Numbered from the stretch's first letter, positions 37,101 to 52,100 are shown. The stretch: DNA of 64,000 bases from Acanthaster planci (GCF_001949145.1 NW_019091359.1:2580861-2644860), one strand, 5' to 3'. The notes: generated by a model from the sequence alone, not told the origin. Program-made: numbers and translations.

Positions 37101-40100
37101 ATTAATAGACGTTATACCTGAAAACCTTTATCTACTGTTGTATTCTACCATAAAAAAAGGTTTTAAGCCATCTTTCTTCAGTCTTGTTCACACCAACCTG
37201 TTCAGTATTTGACAGTCAACTTGGTAGTCAAAAAGTACTCAGTTGCGACACCTTGCCTGCATGGTACATACCATTAGCATTGTTACATGCCAACTATGCC
37301 TACCGCTCCAGCTGTGTCCATGGTCTATAGGACAGACCTAACTGGGTGGGTGTAACTGTTGGTCTGCCCTGATCAGGCCTTGGACACAGAGTTGGGATGG
37401 ACACAAACGGCCTGAGAATGTTCAACGTCCAACCATAAATTGACCTCTGTACTGATGAAGCCAGACTTTGTTTACATGTATGCTTTCCTGTGGTGTTCAT
37501 TGGACCATGTAGGTTGGTACACACTGAATAGGAAAGTGCACATGTGAGAGTGTGATGTGTCAGTACATTGGCCTATTCTCTTTAGCGTCCTGTGTCAAAT
37601 GTTGACACTACTTTCCTGTTTTCCTCCAGTGTGATACTCAACGCAACAAGACGAGTATCCGTAGATCTGTCCAGCACATTCCTGAATGCGGAAAGTGCCA
37701 ATGTGCAGGTGAGTTCTACACGTGTACGTCAGGAAAATGTCCCCTTCCTGGTATTAGGACCAAATGCCACACATTAATGTGAAGACTTTTTGTTGAGGAG
37801 ACTGTTACAATGGATGCACCATAAAATGTAGTAATTTGAATAAAAAATGCCGTGTGCCTCCAGATGTTGACTCGGAAAACATTGAAGAATTTTCTCCTTT
37901 TCCGTAAATGTTCTGAACAAATTCTTAAAAAGTTCTGAAATGCATCAGCATTTCCCTAGAGGATACCTGATTTATGGCAGTTTTAAAGATACATGGCACA
38001 CATACCTCAAGCAGTGATCTAGGACCTCAGAAATGTATCCGTTAAACAGAACTAAAACTCTTTCGGTATTCAGAATTACAGTCGGTTATCTGGTGGAGAA
38101 AACTGGCTGGAGAGGAGAGTTGGGTATGAAGTAAGTGACTTTGAGTCCATGGTGTTTTCTCCTCGTGAATTTTGCACAAACTGCACGAACTCTGCATGTG
38201 TGACATTGGTGGTGGTTTATCTAACAATCCCAAGACACCGTATAGAATACCCCTCGCAGGTCAAAGGTCAGTTGTACAGAGCTGTAAACGGGATATTGTT
38301 AGCGGATTTACTTGCTCAGCAACAGCCTGCTGGGGACCAGTCACACTCAACATACATTTTGGCTGGTAATCTGGCTTTGCTTAGCAGCAGCAGGTTATCA
38401 GCTAAGCATTATGCAGTGTATATTACTTTGACTGGTTCCCATCTGGTTTTCACTAAGCAAGAAAATTAGCCAAGTGACCATTTCTGTACAGCATTTCCCT
38501 TAGAAACTGTCCCAGCTAAGAGGACAATCAAAATGTCAGAGACGATCTGACATGAACAAAATTGGAACCATTCCAAAACGTTTTTAAAGTAGTTAACTTT
38601 GCATCCAGTGATTTTGAAGAAGTCAGAAATTACAGTGGACGTTCACAGAACACCCGAAAGTAACAAGCACCAACTAAGGCCCCTAGGTTTGTTCGTTTGC
38701 CACACAGATTGCTACACAAACCTTGTACTACTCACTCCCTCTTGTGAACAGTCAGAAGTATTCATTGTTCCGTAGCAGTTTATTGTGGTGAAGTCATGTG
38801 TTAGTTCATGGTGTGTATGATTGTCAGCTTTCAGAGATGGGTACGGGACATTCGAACATTACAGCTTACCGCATCCCTAAGATTGCTGTCCAGAGAGAAT
38901 ATTTCATGAATAACTTTGACACAGTAGTGGTTATGAAACTCAACATATCCGAAGAGATTAACACGCACCTTTCTTATAATAGTTTCACTGTAGTTCTTAT
39001 TCTAAATCAGTTGATCAGTTGTTATGTATCCAAGGATGTGGTTTGCATCTTTTTCACACTCTTTAATAAACTGTTCTTCTCCTTGAGACCGTTCATTCTG
39101 GGGAATAGTTTATGAAACCAAGGATTAATCTTAAAACACTCATTTCTGTTTTGTTTTGTGCATCTGTGGATGTACAGATGAAGTTGGTGTATGATCTTTG
39201 TCACATTTTTGTGCTTGCGAGTTGTCATGGTGATAGTATTATGCATGTACTTTGTTCTTCCTGTAGACTCATTGTAAGAACTGTGGTTGAAATTGTACAG
39301 ACTGTCTGTTAGTTTCTTGAAGGGTGCATAGGTGTCACACCCCCTTTGCATGCAATCAGCCTGGAATGAACATGAGGGAAAGCTTAGCTGTATGTCTACA
39401 AAATGGGTCCGAATGTGGACGTAAAGTGACATCAGCCCCATGTCCACCCATATCAGTGCCATTTCTGCACTTTTCTTATCAGGGGGGACATGATGGTGCA
39501 TGGAATCATAAGTCACACAGTTTCTTGTGAATGTAAACAGAGATTTGCCTCACACGTTTTAGTTTTCATATGAAGAAGTTTGGTTTATGTGTCCTTTGTT
39601 GAAGGTTAATGCAGAAGTCAGTACCATTTTTTCCCCTTTGATTTAATTCTCCGCGTCCATGAAAACTTCCAGTGGAGCCCCGGTGTCAGACAGGGAGGAG
39701 ATGAAGTTTCCATTCATAAAATGTCCCAAGTATGCTAAAAAGTCATAGTTCAAAACGATAAGACATACTGTAAGAAAGTCCAACTCATGTTTTTTTTTTT
39801 GCGCTTACATGTATATGATCCTTTTTATACTTTTGAAATGAATGAAATGTGTTACGCTCTCCCGCAGTAGCCTTACTTGCTCATCCATATCAAATGACCA
39901 CTCTGTTGCCTTTTAAACTAATGACATAATCCCATGACAATCCAACCCCAAACTCTATTGATGATGACTCATTCCATGTGTTAATTTGCACTTTTTTGCA
40001 GGTACTGTAAACTTACCTGGCAGTTCATAGGTCCATTAATTCTTATGCTCCCTGTCTTGTCTTTGGCTTTTGATGTTGTCAGCTGTGGTATGACTTCTTC

Positions 40101-43100
40101 CGTCTGGCCTGTATCTTCATCACCCAACCCTGCCTTCAGCTGGACACCATGACGCCAGCTAAACAAGACCGAATCATCAGCCGATACGGAGACATGAGGG
40201 TGGATATGGCTCAGGAGATTGTCAGCAAGTGGCAGAGTCTAGGTACTAGACTTTATTCGAGGACCGTTTGTGCTGTCAAATTTGGCCGCCTAAAATACAA
40301 AAATAAAATATGAAAATGGTGCAAACATGTTTAGGAATGGAAACTTTCTATGAAGTCTTCAGGTGTAGTTCAACTAATGCAACATTTTTCCATAGGTCTA
40401 CAAAAGATTTCATAAGTTGAAAGGTGATGTAAGATTTGTGCATTACCAAAAAGAGCGTGTTATTTTCTTTTGAAGTGAGAGTTACAATTTTTCCAGTTTT
40501 AAAGGAAAATGCAAAATTTTTCCAGAAGCACTGAAGTTTATTGAAAACTAAGTCGAGCTTTGTCAAAACCACTACATAGAAATGTTCAGCTTGTTCACAA
40601 TAAATGCATTTTGATTCATAAATCATCTTTTGGTCACCCAGGAGATTATAAGAGCTTGTTTCGTGACCTGACCCGACCTTTCCTGGAGGTCACCATGGTG
40701 AGGCAAGCGGAGATCCGTCGCCTTATCCTGCCCATCATTTTCGACATCATGTGCTGTGAGAAACTGGAGCGCGGCAATTTCAACCAGGTAGGTGTATTCG
40801 GATCCGTGCTTCGTGAAACATCATTTTTTCCTCTTGCCAACGGGGTAGCTACTGGGGGAATTTACTTGGAGACTTAGCACAGGATTAAAGCAGAATTTTA
40901 TTCCAGTGGCTCTGTTCAATGTAGAGCAAATGAACTCTTGAAAGCTTGGATGTTTGTTCACAGCTTGAGGATGATCTTATAGACAAGCTGGACACCATGG
41001 TGTGCGTGGAGAAGAAAGGAGATGAAAATTACACAGTCCTCTTCAATCAAGTGTAAGTAAAACACAGCAAAATTCACAATAGAAGCATCTGGATTTCTTG
41101 CTTTCTCAGTTTTCTTGCGCTCCTCTGTCTTGATAGAACTTAAATACTTCTTGCACTTGAAAGCTTGAAGAAGCAGGCTCTTGAGACTTTCATCCGCATA
41201 TTTTTGGCAAAACTGCAAGTCTCAACTCCTTAAATGTCAGTCTGGTTGAGTCTCAAATGCCAAGTGTTAGCTTAATGGTACTTAAAAGTACTCAAATCAG
41301 CCCAGAAATTGGTACCAATAATTTCTTACTTCATTCTGAAATTGCACTAGAGCAGTTGGGTGATTCTCTGGTAGCATGACTTTTCTGGCGTCAAGCAGTG
41401 CTGTGAAATTGAGCCAGTGCTCTTGTTGTGCATTGCATTCTGTAACCAAAGTGTACCTGTCTTCTCTCATTCCAGCTTGCTTGAATGTATAGCCAGCCAG
41501 CCTTGGAGAGAAGAAGGTGAACAGTTTGTGGACAAAGTCAAACGTTTGCTAGAACGACTGATCGACTACCGAAACGTGGCTGATACCAGCGTGGAGAACA
41601 GACACCTGCGCCTCAATTGCATGTACAATCTCATGGTAGGTTGAAACTACCGGTTTTTGGTACAAAAGTCTGCCGTGCATGACATCGGGTCATTAAGGCG
41701 TGAAAGTGCTCACCATGTTGAGATGACTTAGTTTAGTTTAGTGTAGTTTCAATACATTTATTTCCATTTCAACTCAAGGTACAATAATGCAGTATTACAT
41801 ATAACAACATATGATGGTTGAAATGGAGGCACATCCCAAAAAGCAGAGTTTGTGGCTGGTTTGCCTTGACCCACAAATACAAATAAATACAAGAACATAG
41901 AAAGTAATACATCAGGAAAAGGTACATGAAAAACAGTCCAAGGACAAGTGTAAAAACCAAAGGAAAAAGCCAGTGGTTGATAAATCATAATTAATAAATG
42001 ATAGTAAACATGATGTAATATTAAATAGGAGATTGCTTAGCTTATTGCAAAGGGCTTCATTTTTGTTTACGTGTGCGGAGTGCTTTACAAGTTCCAAGTA
42101 TACTCGCAATATGTGCATTTCTTGAAGTGATGATCTGTGGACTGTTACTGAGGCCTGGTGGTCTGGTACCATGCGTACAGTATTGTGGAGGTGGAATTGG
42201 TCTGGTACCATGCGTACAGTATTGTGGAGGTGGAATTGGTCTGGTACCATGCGTACAGTATTGTGGAGGTGGAATTGGTCTGGTACCATGCGTACAGTAT
42301 TGTGGAGGTGGGATTGGTCTGGTACCATGCGCGCAGTATTGTGGAGGTGGGATTGGTCTGGTACCATGCGCGCAGTATTGTGGAGGTGGGATTGGTCTGG
42401 TACCATGCGCGCAGTATTGTGGAGGTGGAATTGGTCTGGTACCATGCGTACAGTATTGTGGGGGTGGAATTGGTCTGGTACCATGCGTACAATATTGTGG
42501 AGGTGGAATTGAAGATAAACAGGCTCAAGACCATCCAGATGAATTGTAGTACGTTTGTTGTTTGAGTAAGAAATTTCTCCCTCTCCATGTGGGAGTAGTA
42601 CTTTGGGGGTGGTACTGGTTGCAGTCTGTCGAAACCAATATGGTAGCATTAAGCTATATTCTCCCCAGGAGATGAACTGGTCATAGGGATACTTTACTGG
42701 GTAAGCGAGCTGGAGTAATATATTTTGTTTAACTTTAAAATTTAACCAGGGTTGCCCCATCAGTTATATGCAGACGGTTCTCCCAAGAGACCTTGAGGAG
42801 AAGATAGTTTAGAAATGTTTACTTTAAGAGATGGGAGGAAAACGCCAGACAATCCCAAACCCATTCTACATGTCATCTTGGGTGGGATTGCATCCCTGGT
42901 CACAGAGGTGGAAAGTGAGGAAAGTAACCCCAGAGCAACCTGACTCTCAAGGTCAGCAACTTGAGTTCAATTTGCTTTTACAAGGCCCTACGGTTACATT
43001 CTTTCTCCCGGTATAAATGGCAGAATTTCTACAAGGATGATGCTAATCGCGAAGACATCTACGCCCGGTACATCTACCGTCTACGAGACCTCCATCTGGA

Positions 43101-46100
43101 GTCCAACGACTACACGGAAGCGGCCTTCACGTTGCTGGTGTTGGCCAAGTCTCTGGAGTGGCGGAATAAGATCTTGCCATCGGACGACAAGCACCCGAAG
43201 CAGAGCGAGATGCAGAGGAAGGAATCGCTCTACCATGAGATCATTAACCTAATGGACAAAGGCGAGGTTGGTTTGCTGAGCGCTACCTAGCCCTGGTGGA
43301 CTCCCTGACCGTACTACCTTACGGAGGGAGTCCAGGGTATAAAGGGTGCAAAGACAAAGTCCAACCTGGGCTAAGTGCTACCCAACTTTGCAGTATCAAA
43401 CAGATTTGAGTTGCAAGTGACTCCAGTCACACTTTGATTCTCGAGGCAGGTTCATACTTGAAGAAGGGAGCTTGTGGGTGAATTTATAACATCGCAATAA
43501 ATATTTGCATTGTGAACTTGCGGAATTTGAATGCATTTCAACCATGGCAAGCAGTTTTGTTGAATATGAAGTAACCTCTTCGTGACTTGTGTGTTGAGTA
43601 TTAAATGACTCAAATTTAGAAATCAAACTCAACCTTGTCATCATTTTGTGACTCAGACCAGATAGCAAAAGAAACTTTTTTCTGGCATAGAATAAAGACA
43701 AATCTAACGATTTTCTCCTTGGTGGTAACATCTGCATTTTTCATATCATCGCTGTGTTAAGTGGATATTATTGTGACAGATAAGGAACCAGGCAATGAAC
43801 AAGCATTTGCTTTCTGTCTGGTATCCACCATTCATCACCCCTTACTTCATTCTATAAATAACTCTGTTTCTTTGTAATCTTATTCTGAGGTATGGAAATG
43901 AATCAATCAATCAACCAACCAAAAGTAGTGCGGGATATCCTATGCACTTGTTTCTAGAATGTAGCCCTATATGGCAAATACTTTTTTCATCTGAAGCGAC
44001 TAGTTTTAGTTTTGCTCTTCGTCTCAGATCTGGGAGTTTGGTATTCCCCTGTGCAAAGAGTTGTCGGTACAGTATGAGAGCAAGCTCTTTGACTATGGAA
44101 AGAACAGCAGAATCCTGGTAAGAAACATTTCTGTTGCTGTTTTTGCTGATAATTATGTCAGCTTTTTTAACTTACACTGTTCTCTTAAAAGGGTCTGAGT
44201 TTAGGGCGAGTCCAAAAATTTCCATTTCATCGAAAAGCTTTAATTAGCATTTCCGGTATGCGTTCATGTGTGAGCTCATCTCATGAGACTTCTGGTAGTG
44301 TAGCAATCATACTGATGTAGTTTATGGATTACAGATTTCAAAATGCATTTGTCAAAACATCAAGAACTGTTAAAAATGGTGTGCATGCTGAATATGTTGT
44401 TCATGTCACTATGGTTGCATGTATACTTGAACATATTGATGTGAAATGCACATTGCTCATAGTGTGTTAAATAGAATAATGCAAAGTAGTGAAATAACCA
44501 CCCGTTTCTTTCCAAGCCTCATATGTTTCCCCAACGCTTATCATTTTTGATGGTCTTTGTTGGGTCTTATGCTATTTCAGCAATGCAAAACATCTTGAAA
44601 CAAAGACCTACATGTACAACCCAGAAAAACTGTTTTTCACTTCATTGTTTCATACTCCCATCAGCAAGCTCAAGCGTCGTTCTTCGACAACATCCTCAAG
44701 AAGCAGAGACAACCTCCAACCTACTTCAGAGTCACCTTCTACGGCAACTTCCCTCTCAAGGTAACGTTATTCTTCAGTTACAATATTTCAGAGACAAGAA
44801 GGCAGTGAAGAAATCAGAACAGGTTAATACCTCATTTTTCTAGACATAGTTGCCTAGAGCCTGTAGTTTTCCCCAATCATCCAATCACCTGGAACCCAAC
44901 AATCATTTTAGGTACTTAATCTTCAAGGGACAGGCATGTAACATAAAAATGACTGGCCCTCGACCTTTTTAAATCATATAATATCTTTTGAACATGGTGG
45001 ATCTTAAAGGATAATGTGGGATGTTCAGTGAAACATGATAGATCTAAACATGCAGCGGTAGACTTTTTGTTTCAACTGTTGCTGTACAAAAACATGTTTT
45101 GTTTACTTGTCTTTTGTCTTGTTTGGGTAGAGCAAAGCGTGGATTTATCGCGGCCGTCCCTTTGACCAGCTGGGCGTTGTCTTTGAGCGGCTTCAGGCTG
45201 ACTTTCCCCAGGCCAAGAATTGGCAGAAGAACACGCCGCCAGACAACTCCGACTTACAGAACAATCAGTGTATCCTTGAAGTGAATGCAGAAAACTCAAT
45301 GAAATCAAAGTTCTCGTTATTGTCACACTTATTATAGGGCCGAATTGCAGAAAAATGCTTGGCATAAAACATCTCTTGGCATAAAACATCTCTTGGCATA
45401 AAACATCTCTTGGCATAAAACATCTCTTGGCATAAAACATCTCTTGGCATAAAACATCTCTTGGCATAAAACATCTCTTGGCATAAAACATCTCTTGGCA
45501 TAAAACATCTCTTGGCATAAAACATCTCTTGGCATAAAACATCTCTTGGCATAAAACATCTCTTGGCATAAAACATCTCTTGGCATATAACATCTCCTGG
45601 CAACATTATACTATTGGAAAAAAATCCTGGCACTGCAATTTAATAATAAGAATTATTCCTAGATGAAGTGCATGAACTTCCCAAATCGTCACAGCACATA
45701 ACATAGAATTATGAGTATTCTCTGCTTACAAACTAGTGATAACAAGAGGAAATCATTTGGAAATGATGAGACTCTCTCTGCTCCAGTGATTTGAATTCTT
45801 CTGCTTATTTTCACATAATTATTTTTGGTTCCATTGTAATAAAATTACTACTCTATCACACAATCTACATTTATTACCTTAACTTGAGTAACCAACAGAT
45901 ATCCAGGTTAGATCGGTTGACACAGTGCCATCTGACAATCCCTTCAGAGACATGAATGTGCCGATTCAGATCAGCGGTTTCTACGACACCCACAAAATCA
46001 GCAAGTTCAAGTTTGACCGTCCCTTCCATAAGGGAGACAAAGATCCTGACAATGAGTTCAAGGTAAAACATTGCTTCCAAAATATTCAACTGGACTAATA

Positions 46101-49100
46101 CTACTGGATAGTTTAGCACCATTTACATCTCGGATCCATGTGGAAAAAAAATGCTCTGGATTTGTACACATTCTGACGAACACTTGCCGTTTATATTCTG
46201 CTACTCAGCACACATGCAGTGTGGTCTTCCTTGGTTTAGAACACACAGCTCCCATCCATGCTTTCAGCACAAACTTCATTCTAACAGTTCTTGAATCCTG
46301 CAATCGGGTTACAGAGAAAAGACTTGGCACATGGTGTAGGTGTCTGAATGCATTATTCTCAGATTTGACCAACTTTCTCCTTTATTCCAAAAGTTGGGCA
46401 CCTTACATCATTTTTGATAGCAGAGCCTCAACCCAGGTCTTGGATGTGAAATGCTCAAAGAGACAATGTTAACTTTTAACTGTACTTGGTCCACGAACAA
46501 CTCTTTGAAATTTGAGCTACTCTGTGGGGTTAGGTTGAAACCATAGGCAACCACAAAAGAGGGCCTACAAGCCTAAATTGACCCTGCACGTTGTTTGAAA
46601 CTCGAAGTCATCAGAATGGACAGAAATGATTATAACTGACATTACTGACACAAGCTTGACTTTTGAAATGAGAACAGGTTATTCTCCTTGTTTCTGTTTG
46701 TTGTGGACAGACGCTCTGTGTAGAACAGACACAGCTCAACACAGAGTACACCCTTCCCAGTCTGCTACGATGGGCTGACGTTGTCGATACTGAAACGGTG
46801 AGCCAACCTCCCTTCCTTAAATTATTAAATTGGAACATGTCAATGAGGATGAAGAAATGCATTTGTCTGCCCCACTGGTGAGGCTGAAGAAGCATACTGT
46901 TTCTGCTATGTTACAAATGTCAAAGATGTGCAATTTTTCCACTGGAATGAGAAGGGAGCATTACCCATCTCCATCTTTGCATTGATGTCCAGTACTTAAA
47001 CATTCCCTTGGGGGTGACACCTTGGGCCACTTATTCTAAAAGATGATATGACTTGGTGCTGCCATTTCTACATTGTTCAGATGACCACTTACCCAAATTC
47101 CTCAGGGTATAATCCTTGTAGTGTTTACATATTAGTAATCTTGTTCAACGTTCCACTCTGTTCATTTGTAGCCGTTGGTTGTGCGTTTAATTGGAAACAA
47201 ATTTGCAGCTTTTGTATTCTTTTAGAAAAGAAAGCTGGCCTTTTACAGTTTTGAAATGATTTGATACCAATCTTTCCCTGATTTTGGTTTGGCCAGATTG
47301 AGCTGACCCCCATCCAGAATGCCGTCAACGTCATGGAGAACAAGAACAAAGCCATCCGCACCTTGACGGCTGAGATGTACGCCAATCCCAACAGTAACAT
47401 TAACCCACTCAGCATGGTACTGCAGGGAACCATCGACGCTGCGGTGCAGGGCGGTCCAAAGAAATACAAACTGGTAGGCACAATGTGCAGGATACCAGCT
47501 GTTGTGCATGTCCATGTCATGGAGCCATCTCATGGTGACGTTTCTCAATAGCATTATGACACGTCACCCTGGAGTCATAAACTGTCTCTGGTCCATACGC
47601 GGAAAAATGCCGCACAGCTCTGTTATGTCATGGTTTTAAACGTGGAAAGTGAGTGAGTTAGAAGTGTTGGCACAGTCAGGTGTTTATGTTTGACCATCTG
47701 ATTGAATCAGTGGAGTATCCCAGTAGTTCTGGACTCTTGATAATTCTCAAGACACTTCTTTATCATTATTCTAGCTGCTTCAGAATGGACGTTGTACGAA
47801 ATTTTGACTCTCGTAAAATTTCCCCTTTTACCTCGAACGTTGGTTGCCAGGATTTTGTCCACTGAGACATTGAATACAACCAACGAGACTGTGTTTTGTA
47901 GTTGAAATTTGATACTACGCTTGCTCTAAGTCAGAGTCAGTGAAAATAATATGAACTTGCAACACAGTGGCAGTATTTGTGGGTCAGAGGCACAATTCTG
48001 GAGTGCATTTAAGCTTTAGAAAATCCGCTGTGAATGTTTTTATTAAAGATCTTGCAGGGTCAGGATTATGGCTGTTAGTGTAGGAAAAGAAACATCTAAA
48101 CAGCCTAAAATAGATTTTGATATAAAAGCTGGTATTTGCGTAGCGTGGAACCTTGCCATAAGGTGATTTCCACTTAATTATTAGTCACTTCTAAGTAGCT
48201 AGCAGTCCATACTTCTTGAGTATTGGACCTTGTGGATTCTTGTTTCTTCAGGCCTTCCTGAGCAACGAATACAAGAAGCTTCATCCAGAGGACAGTGAAC
48301 TGTGCTTACAACTGGAAGGACTTATCAAGGAACAGGTAAATGGGGAGCAGATCAGCATGTGACGTCACATTCCACTGACCATGGCCCAACTAAAGTCACT
48401 TAGTTACACTTCGCTCTTAAAAGATAACTCTTGCTGTGCCTCTATGAACGCATGTCGGCAACACATTGTCTATGGGATTGAATCAGCGTGAGCATGTTCA
48501 ACCTTTGACCCTGACTGCTCATTACAACCCGTCTCTGGCACTCCGGACGCAGGAAGTAATATGAAGGAATATGACAACTGAAGCACCGGGAACACAGTGC
48601 TTCTATGAATTGTAGAATGTGTTTCACAACCCCTTCAGGAGCATTTTCTGTTGAGTGCTAAAAATATCTGCTTAGCAAGAACAGGTTACCAGCCAAATGG
48701 CCATGTAAAGTATGTTACTTGAGGCTGGTTCCCTGCTCATTTGTACTGTGCACAGAAATCTGCTTGTTTCTTGAACTCCTAACAAATGAACAGTGTTTTG
48801 GGTGTGATGAGGTCAGCGTGCGTTCTTGTGTACGTTTTGTTGCCCCTGTCATCCTTGTGTTGAAGGGGCAGTTTCTTCTCTTGATAAGGAAATTTAGAAT
48901 CAAGTTGCGGGGGGGGGGAACCCTGTCTCCTCAACTAATTTTTCCTGGTAACTACTGGTACCTTTTAGTGCATGAGTAATTCCACAGCTATGATGTCTGT
49001 TTGTCTGTGACAATGTGGAATTGATGCAGAAGTTGACAGGATTGTTTTTTTTTTAAAGAATTTCCTGTTAGGCAAAGGGCAAGTTGGATCAGTGTCAATT

Positions 49101-52100
49101 TGTTAACCACTGGTTGATTTTTGCCTGGTACCCGGTATATATATTTCATGCATAGTCTACCTGTCAAAATTGACTATTGGTTGACAGTTTGTCTCTGATT
49201 AACTTGCCAGAATACAAATTTATAATCCGTTGGAAATGCCGTTGTTTGATTGTCCGAGTATCTCATCCATTCCATGTCCATACAGATGCAGATATTGAAG
49301 GAAGGAGTGGATCTTCACGAGCGACTTTGCCCAGATGATTTAGCTCATTTCCAGCACAACTTGTCGATGAAACTCTCCGAACTCCGCAGAGACTTTGGCC
49401 TGGTATGTTTCCTCCCTCTCTCTTCTAGTTCTTGGTCTCTCCACCTCGTTTGACACCTTAGTCGTGATTTATTTTGCCATGAATTATTCATCTGAATAAA
49501 TTTCATGTACTTCATGTGAGCATGTCGTAATTTTTTCACTATCCACTTGTAATTCAAGTTCATGTTTAAGTAGATTCCATAACTTGAGCCCGCAGTTATG
49601 TTTTTTCAGCAGGTTTGTTTGACCTCACATTGAAAAGAGCTTGACAAGTTTTTCGTTTAGATGTATCATTGCCTTGGCATTCAGATGAAAAGTGGAAATT
49701 GCGCGGATGAAAAGTGTTGAGGTTGCCCCTGGTAATTCCTGACTTCATTTCTAAGGTTATGTCATTTTGTTTTAACTTAACGCTAAAATGTGATTGATTA
49801 TGCTTCTCATGAGCAGTCGACTGTGCCAATCCGAGTTGCCAGCACTCCCCCAACGCCAACAGGCAAGGGACCGAGGATCAGCACAGCTTCTGCCATCACC
49901 ACGTTCCGGAAATCAATTGTACCTACCTCGCAAAGCTCAAGGTGAGTACCCAAATATCATTTTCAGACTAGCTCTGTCCCTTGAGTATTTTGTGTTCTTG
50001 AGAAAAAAACAATAACATAGGTTGTGTCTTATTCTTGTGACTATGTTTTTCATACTGGGAGGGAAAGAGTTTGGTTGGTTTTGTGTTGATCTGGTACTGC
50101 CTGGTGGGGTTTGGTGGTTGTCTTTTGTTGGTCTTATGATAGTCTTGTGTTGGTCCGCTGTTGGTCTCGTGGGGTCCTGTGATGGTCTTGTGTTGGTCTG
50201 TTGTTGGTCTTGTTGGGTCCTGTGATGGTCTTGTGTTGGTCTTGTGGGGTCCTGTGATGGTCTTGCATTGGTCTGCTATTGGTCTTGTTGGGTCCTGTGA
50301 TGGTCTTGTGTTGGTCTGCTATTGGTCTTGGTGGGTCCTGTGGTGGTCTTGCGTTGGTCTGCTATTGGTCTTGTTGAGTCCTGTGATGGTCTTGTGTTGG
50401 TCTGCTATTGGATTTGTTGGGCCCCGTGATGATTTTGAGGAGTCTCAACTGCAACACTAGCTCAGACTCAAGCCTTCATGAACTTAGCTCAGCTCACACT
50501 CAGACGAAGTCGACTCAACTATATCCCTAGATAGTAACTCAGAAGTAGAAACGCTAGTTGGACACAGCTGTAAGTCAAGCTGCAACCTCCCCTTTAGGCT
50601 TTTATCTCATCTTGTAAAATTTCTCTTTCCCTTTTTTGTCTTTGTGCGTATTAATAGCAAGTCGCAGCCTGCCACTGAAGAGTCGCCTAGTCTGAGCAAG
50701 TTCTACCTGGATTCCATCACCGAGAGCGACACCTCGGTGTCACCCACACAAGTAAGGGTTTCTTGTTGATAAATCGCTGCTAGGAAATATAGCCATTGTT
50801 TCTGAGATGCTGTATGCCATATCTGGAGCAGATATTAGTGAATTTTATGTCGTCAGAGGTGACCTTAGTTATCTCTTAATTTGAAAATGTTTTCCTTCAG
50901 CCCATTCTGAGAAGGATATTGTGCGGAGAAGTTGTCCACAAGTCTAAACTCCTGGGTAGTTTTTTGCTAGAAACTTTCCTTAATGTGCAGGGAACCAGTA
51001 AAGTGTGTTTCTTTGTGTTCTGTTTTCCAAGTAGCATGAAGCCCCATGCAGTGTAATAGTGCGTAGGGTCTATCTTCCTCAATCTTGCAAAATCCTACCA
51101 ACCCTGCTGGTGGATTTTGAAGGATACAGTCAAAAAGTATTTCTTTTGAAAATATGTCTTGAAATTTTTGGGTGTTTTCTGGCCAAAGACAAACACAGTA
51201 GTATGCAAACAGGAAAAGCACCTCTGCGCAGAAAGACACATCATTCTAGGTAGTAGAAAGATACCCTATTTGGGGAACCTGTCCAGCAGTTGGTTAATTT
51301 GAGGTATGGCGGACACAAGAGGGCGCTATTTGGTTTGGGTAAAATCTCTGGTGTTTACTCCAAACTTACCCACTTCATATGACTTCTTCCAGTTAGCTTT
51401 TTCTGAGCAGCATGACCTCAAGATTCGCTGATTGATGTTGAACTAATTGCTTTCAAACTTGAGATATTAGTCAGATCCAGATTTGTTGGCAATTAGACTT
51501 GGCAGTGTTGAACGCAAGTTCTCATAAGTCATTACAAGTCCTCACTAGTCCCAGCAAGTCCTCGTTGGTTCTCCATCTCAAGTTAAGTCACAGCAGAACA
51601 ACATCAATTGATCATGTACTCCTTCAAGCATGTGATGTTGCACTGGGCAAGCAGCCGTATGGCAGGTCGAATGTTTTAAAGAGCCTGATTTAAAACCTGA
51701 TTCCCACTGGCTTATTCAATCTGACAGTATCGCAAGTGGTTTGTGGTAGGTAGAATGTATGGGGTAGGTATCTTGGTCACATGCATGTGACTTGCGCAGC
51801 ATGGAGACTGATATTTGGGGGAATTTGAATGTGATGTGAGGATGCAAGGTCTTGATTTTGGTTTCAGAGGCCTTAGTCTGTCATCACACAGATCAAGGAG
51901 ATTTGTGACTCGCTTGTTGGATTGAATTTTGGATTATACTGATAGAGGCTTTACATGGTAGCCATCTTGGAGAGCACTTGTTTTGTCCCACAGGGAAACC
52001 TCCTTTTTGCATTACTTGTTGAAGTTTGAACAGAAACACTGGCCCACAAGATGGCAGCCATGCAAACCCTCTATACAGAAGGGGCCTGCATCATTTCATA

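Noticed and set aside
39178..39186. Possible 9-nt microexon ATGAAGTTG with upstream TGC
   Set aside because: Frame-compatible, but the donor GTGTAT is weak; it cannot be told from chance without RNA data.
41912..42760. 282-aa repeat ORF and overlapping repeat ORFs
   Set aside because: They are translations of a 39-bp intronic minisatellite, with no domain or splice support.
45072..45633. Repetitive minus-strand ORFs (MPRDVLCQEMFYAKRCF)n
   Set aside because: Artefact of the 17-bp tandem array.
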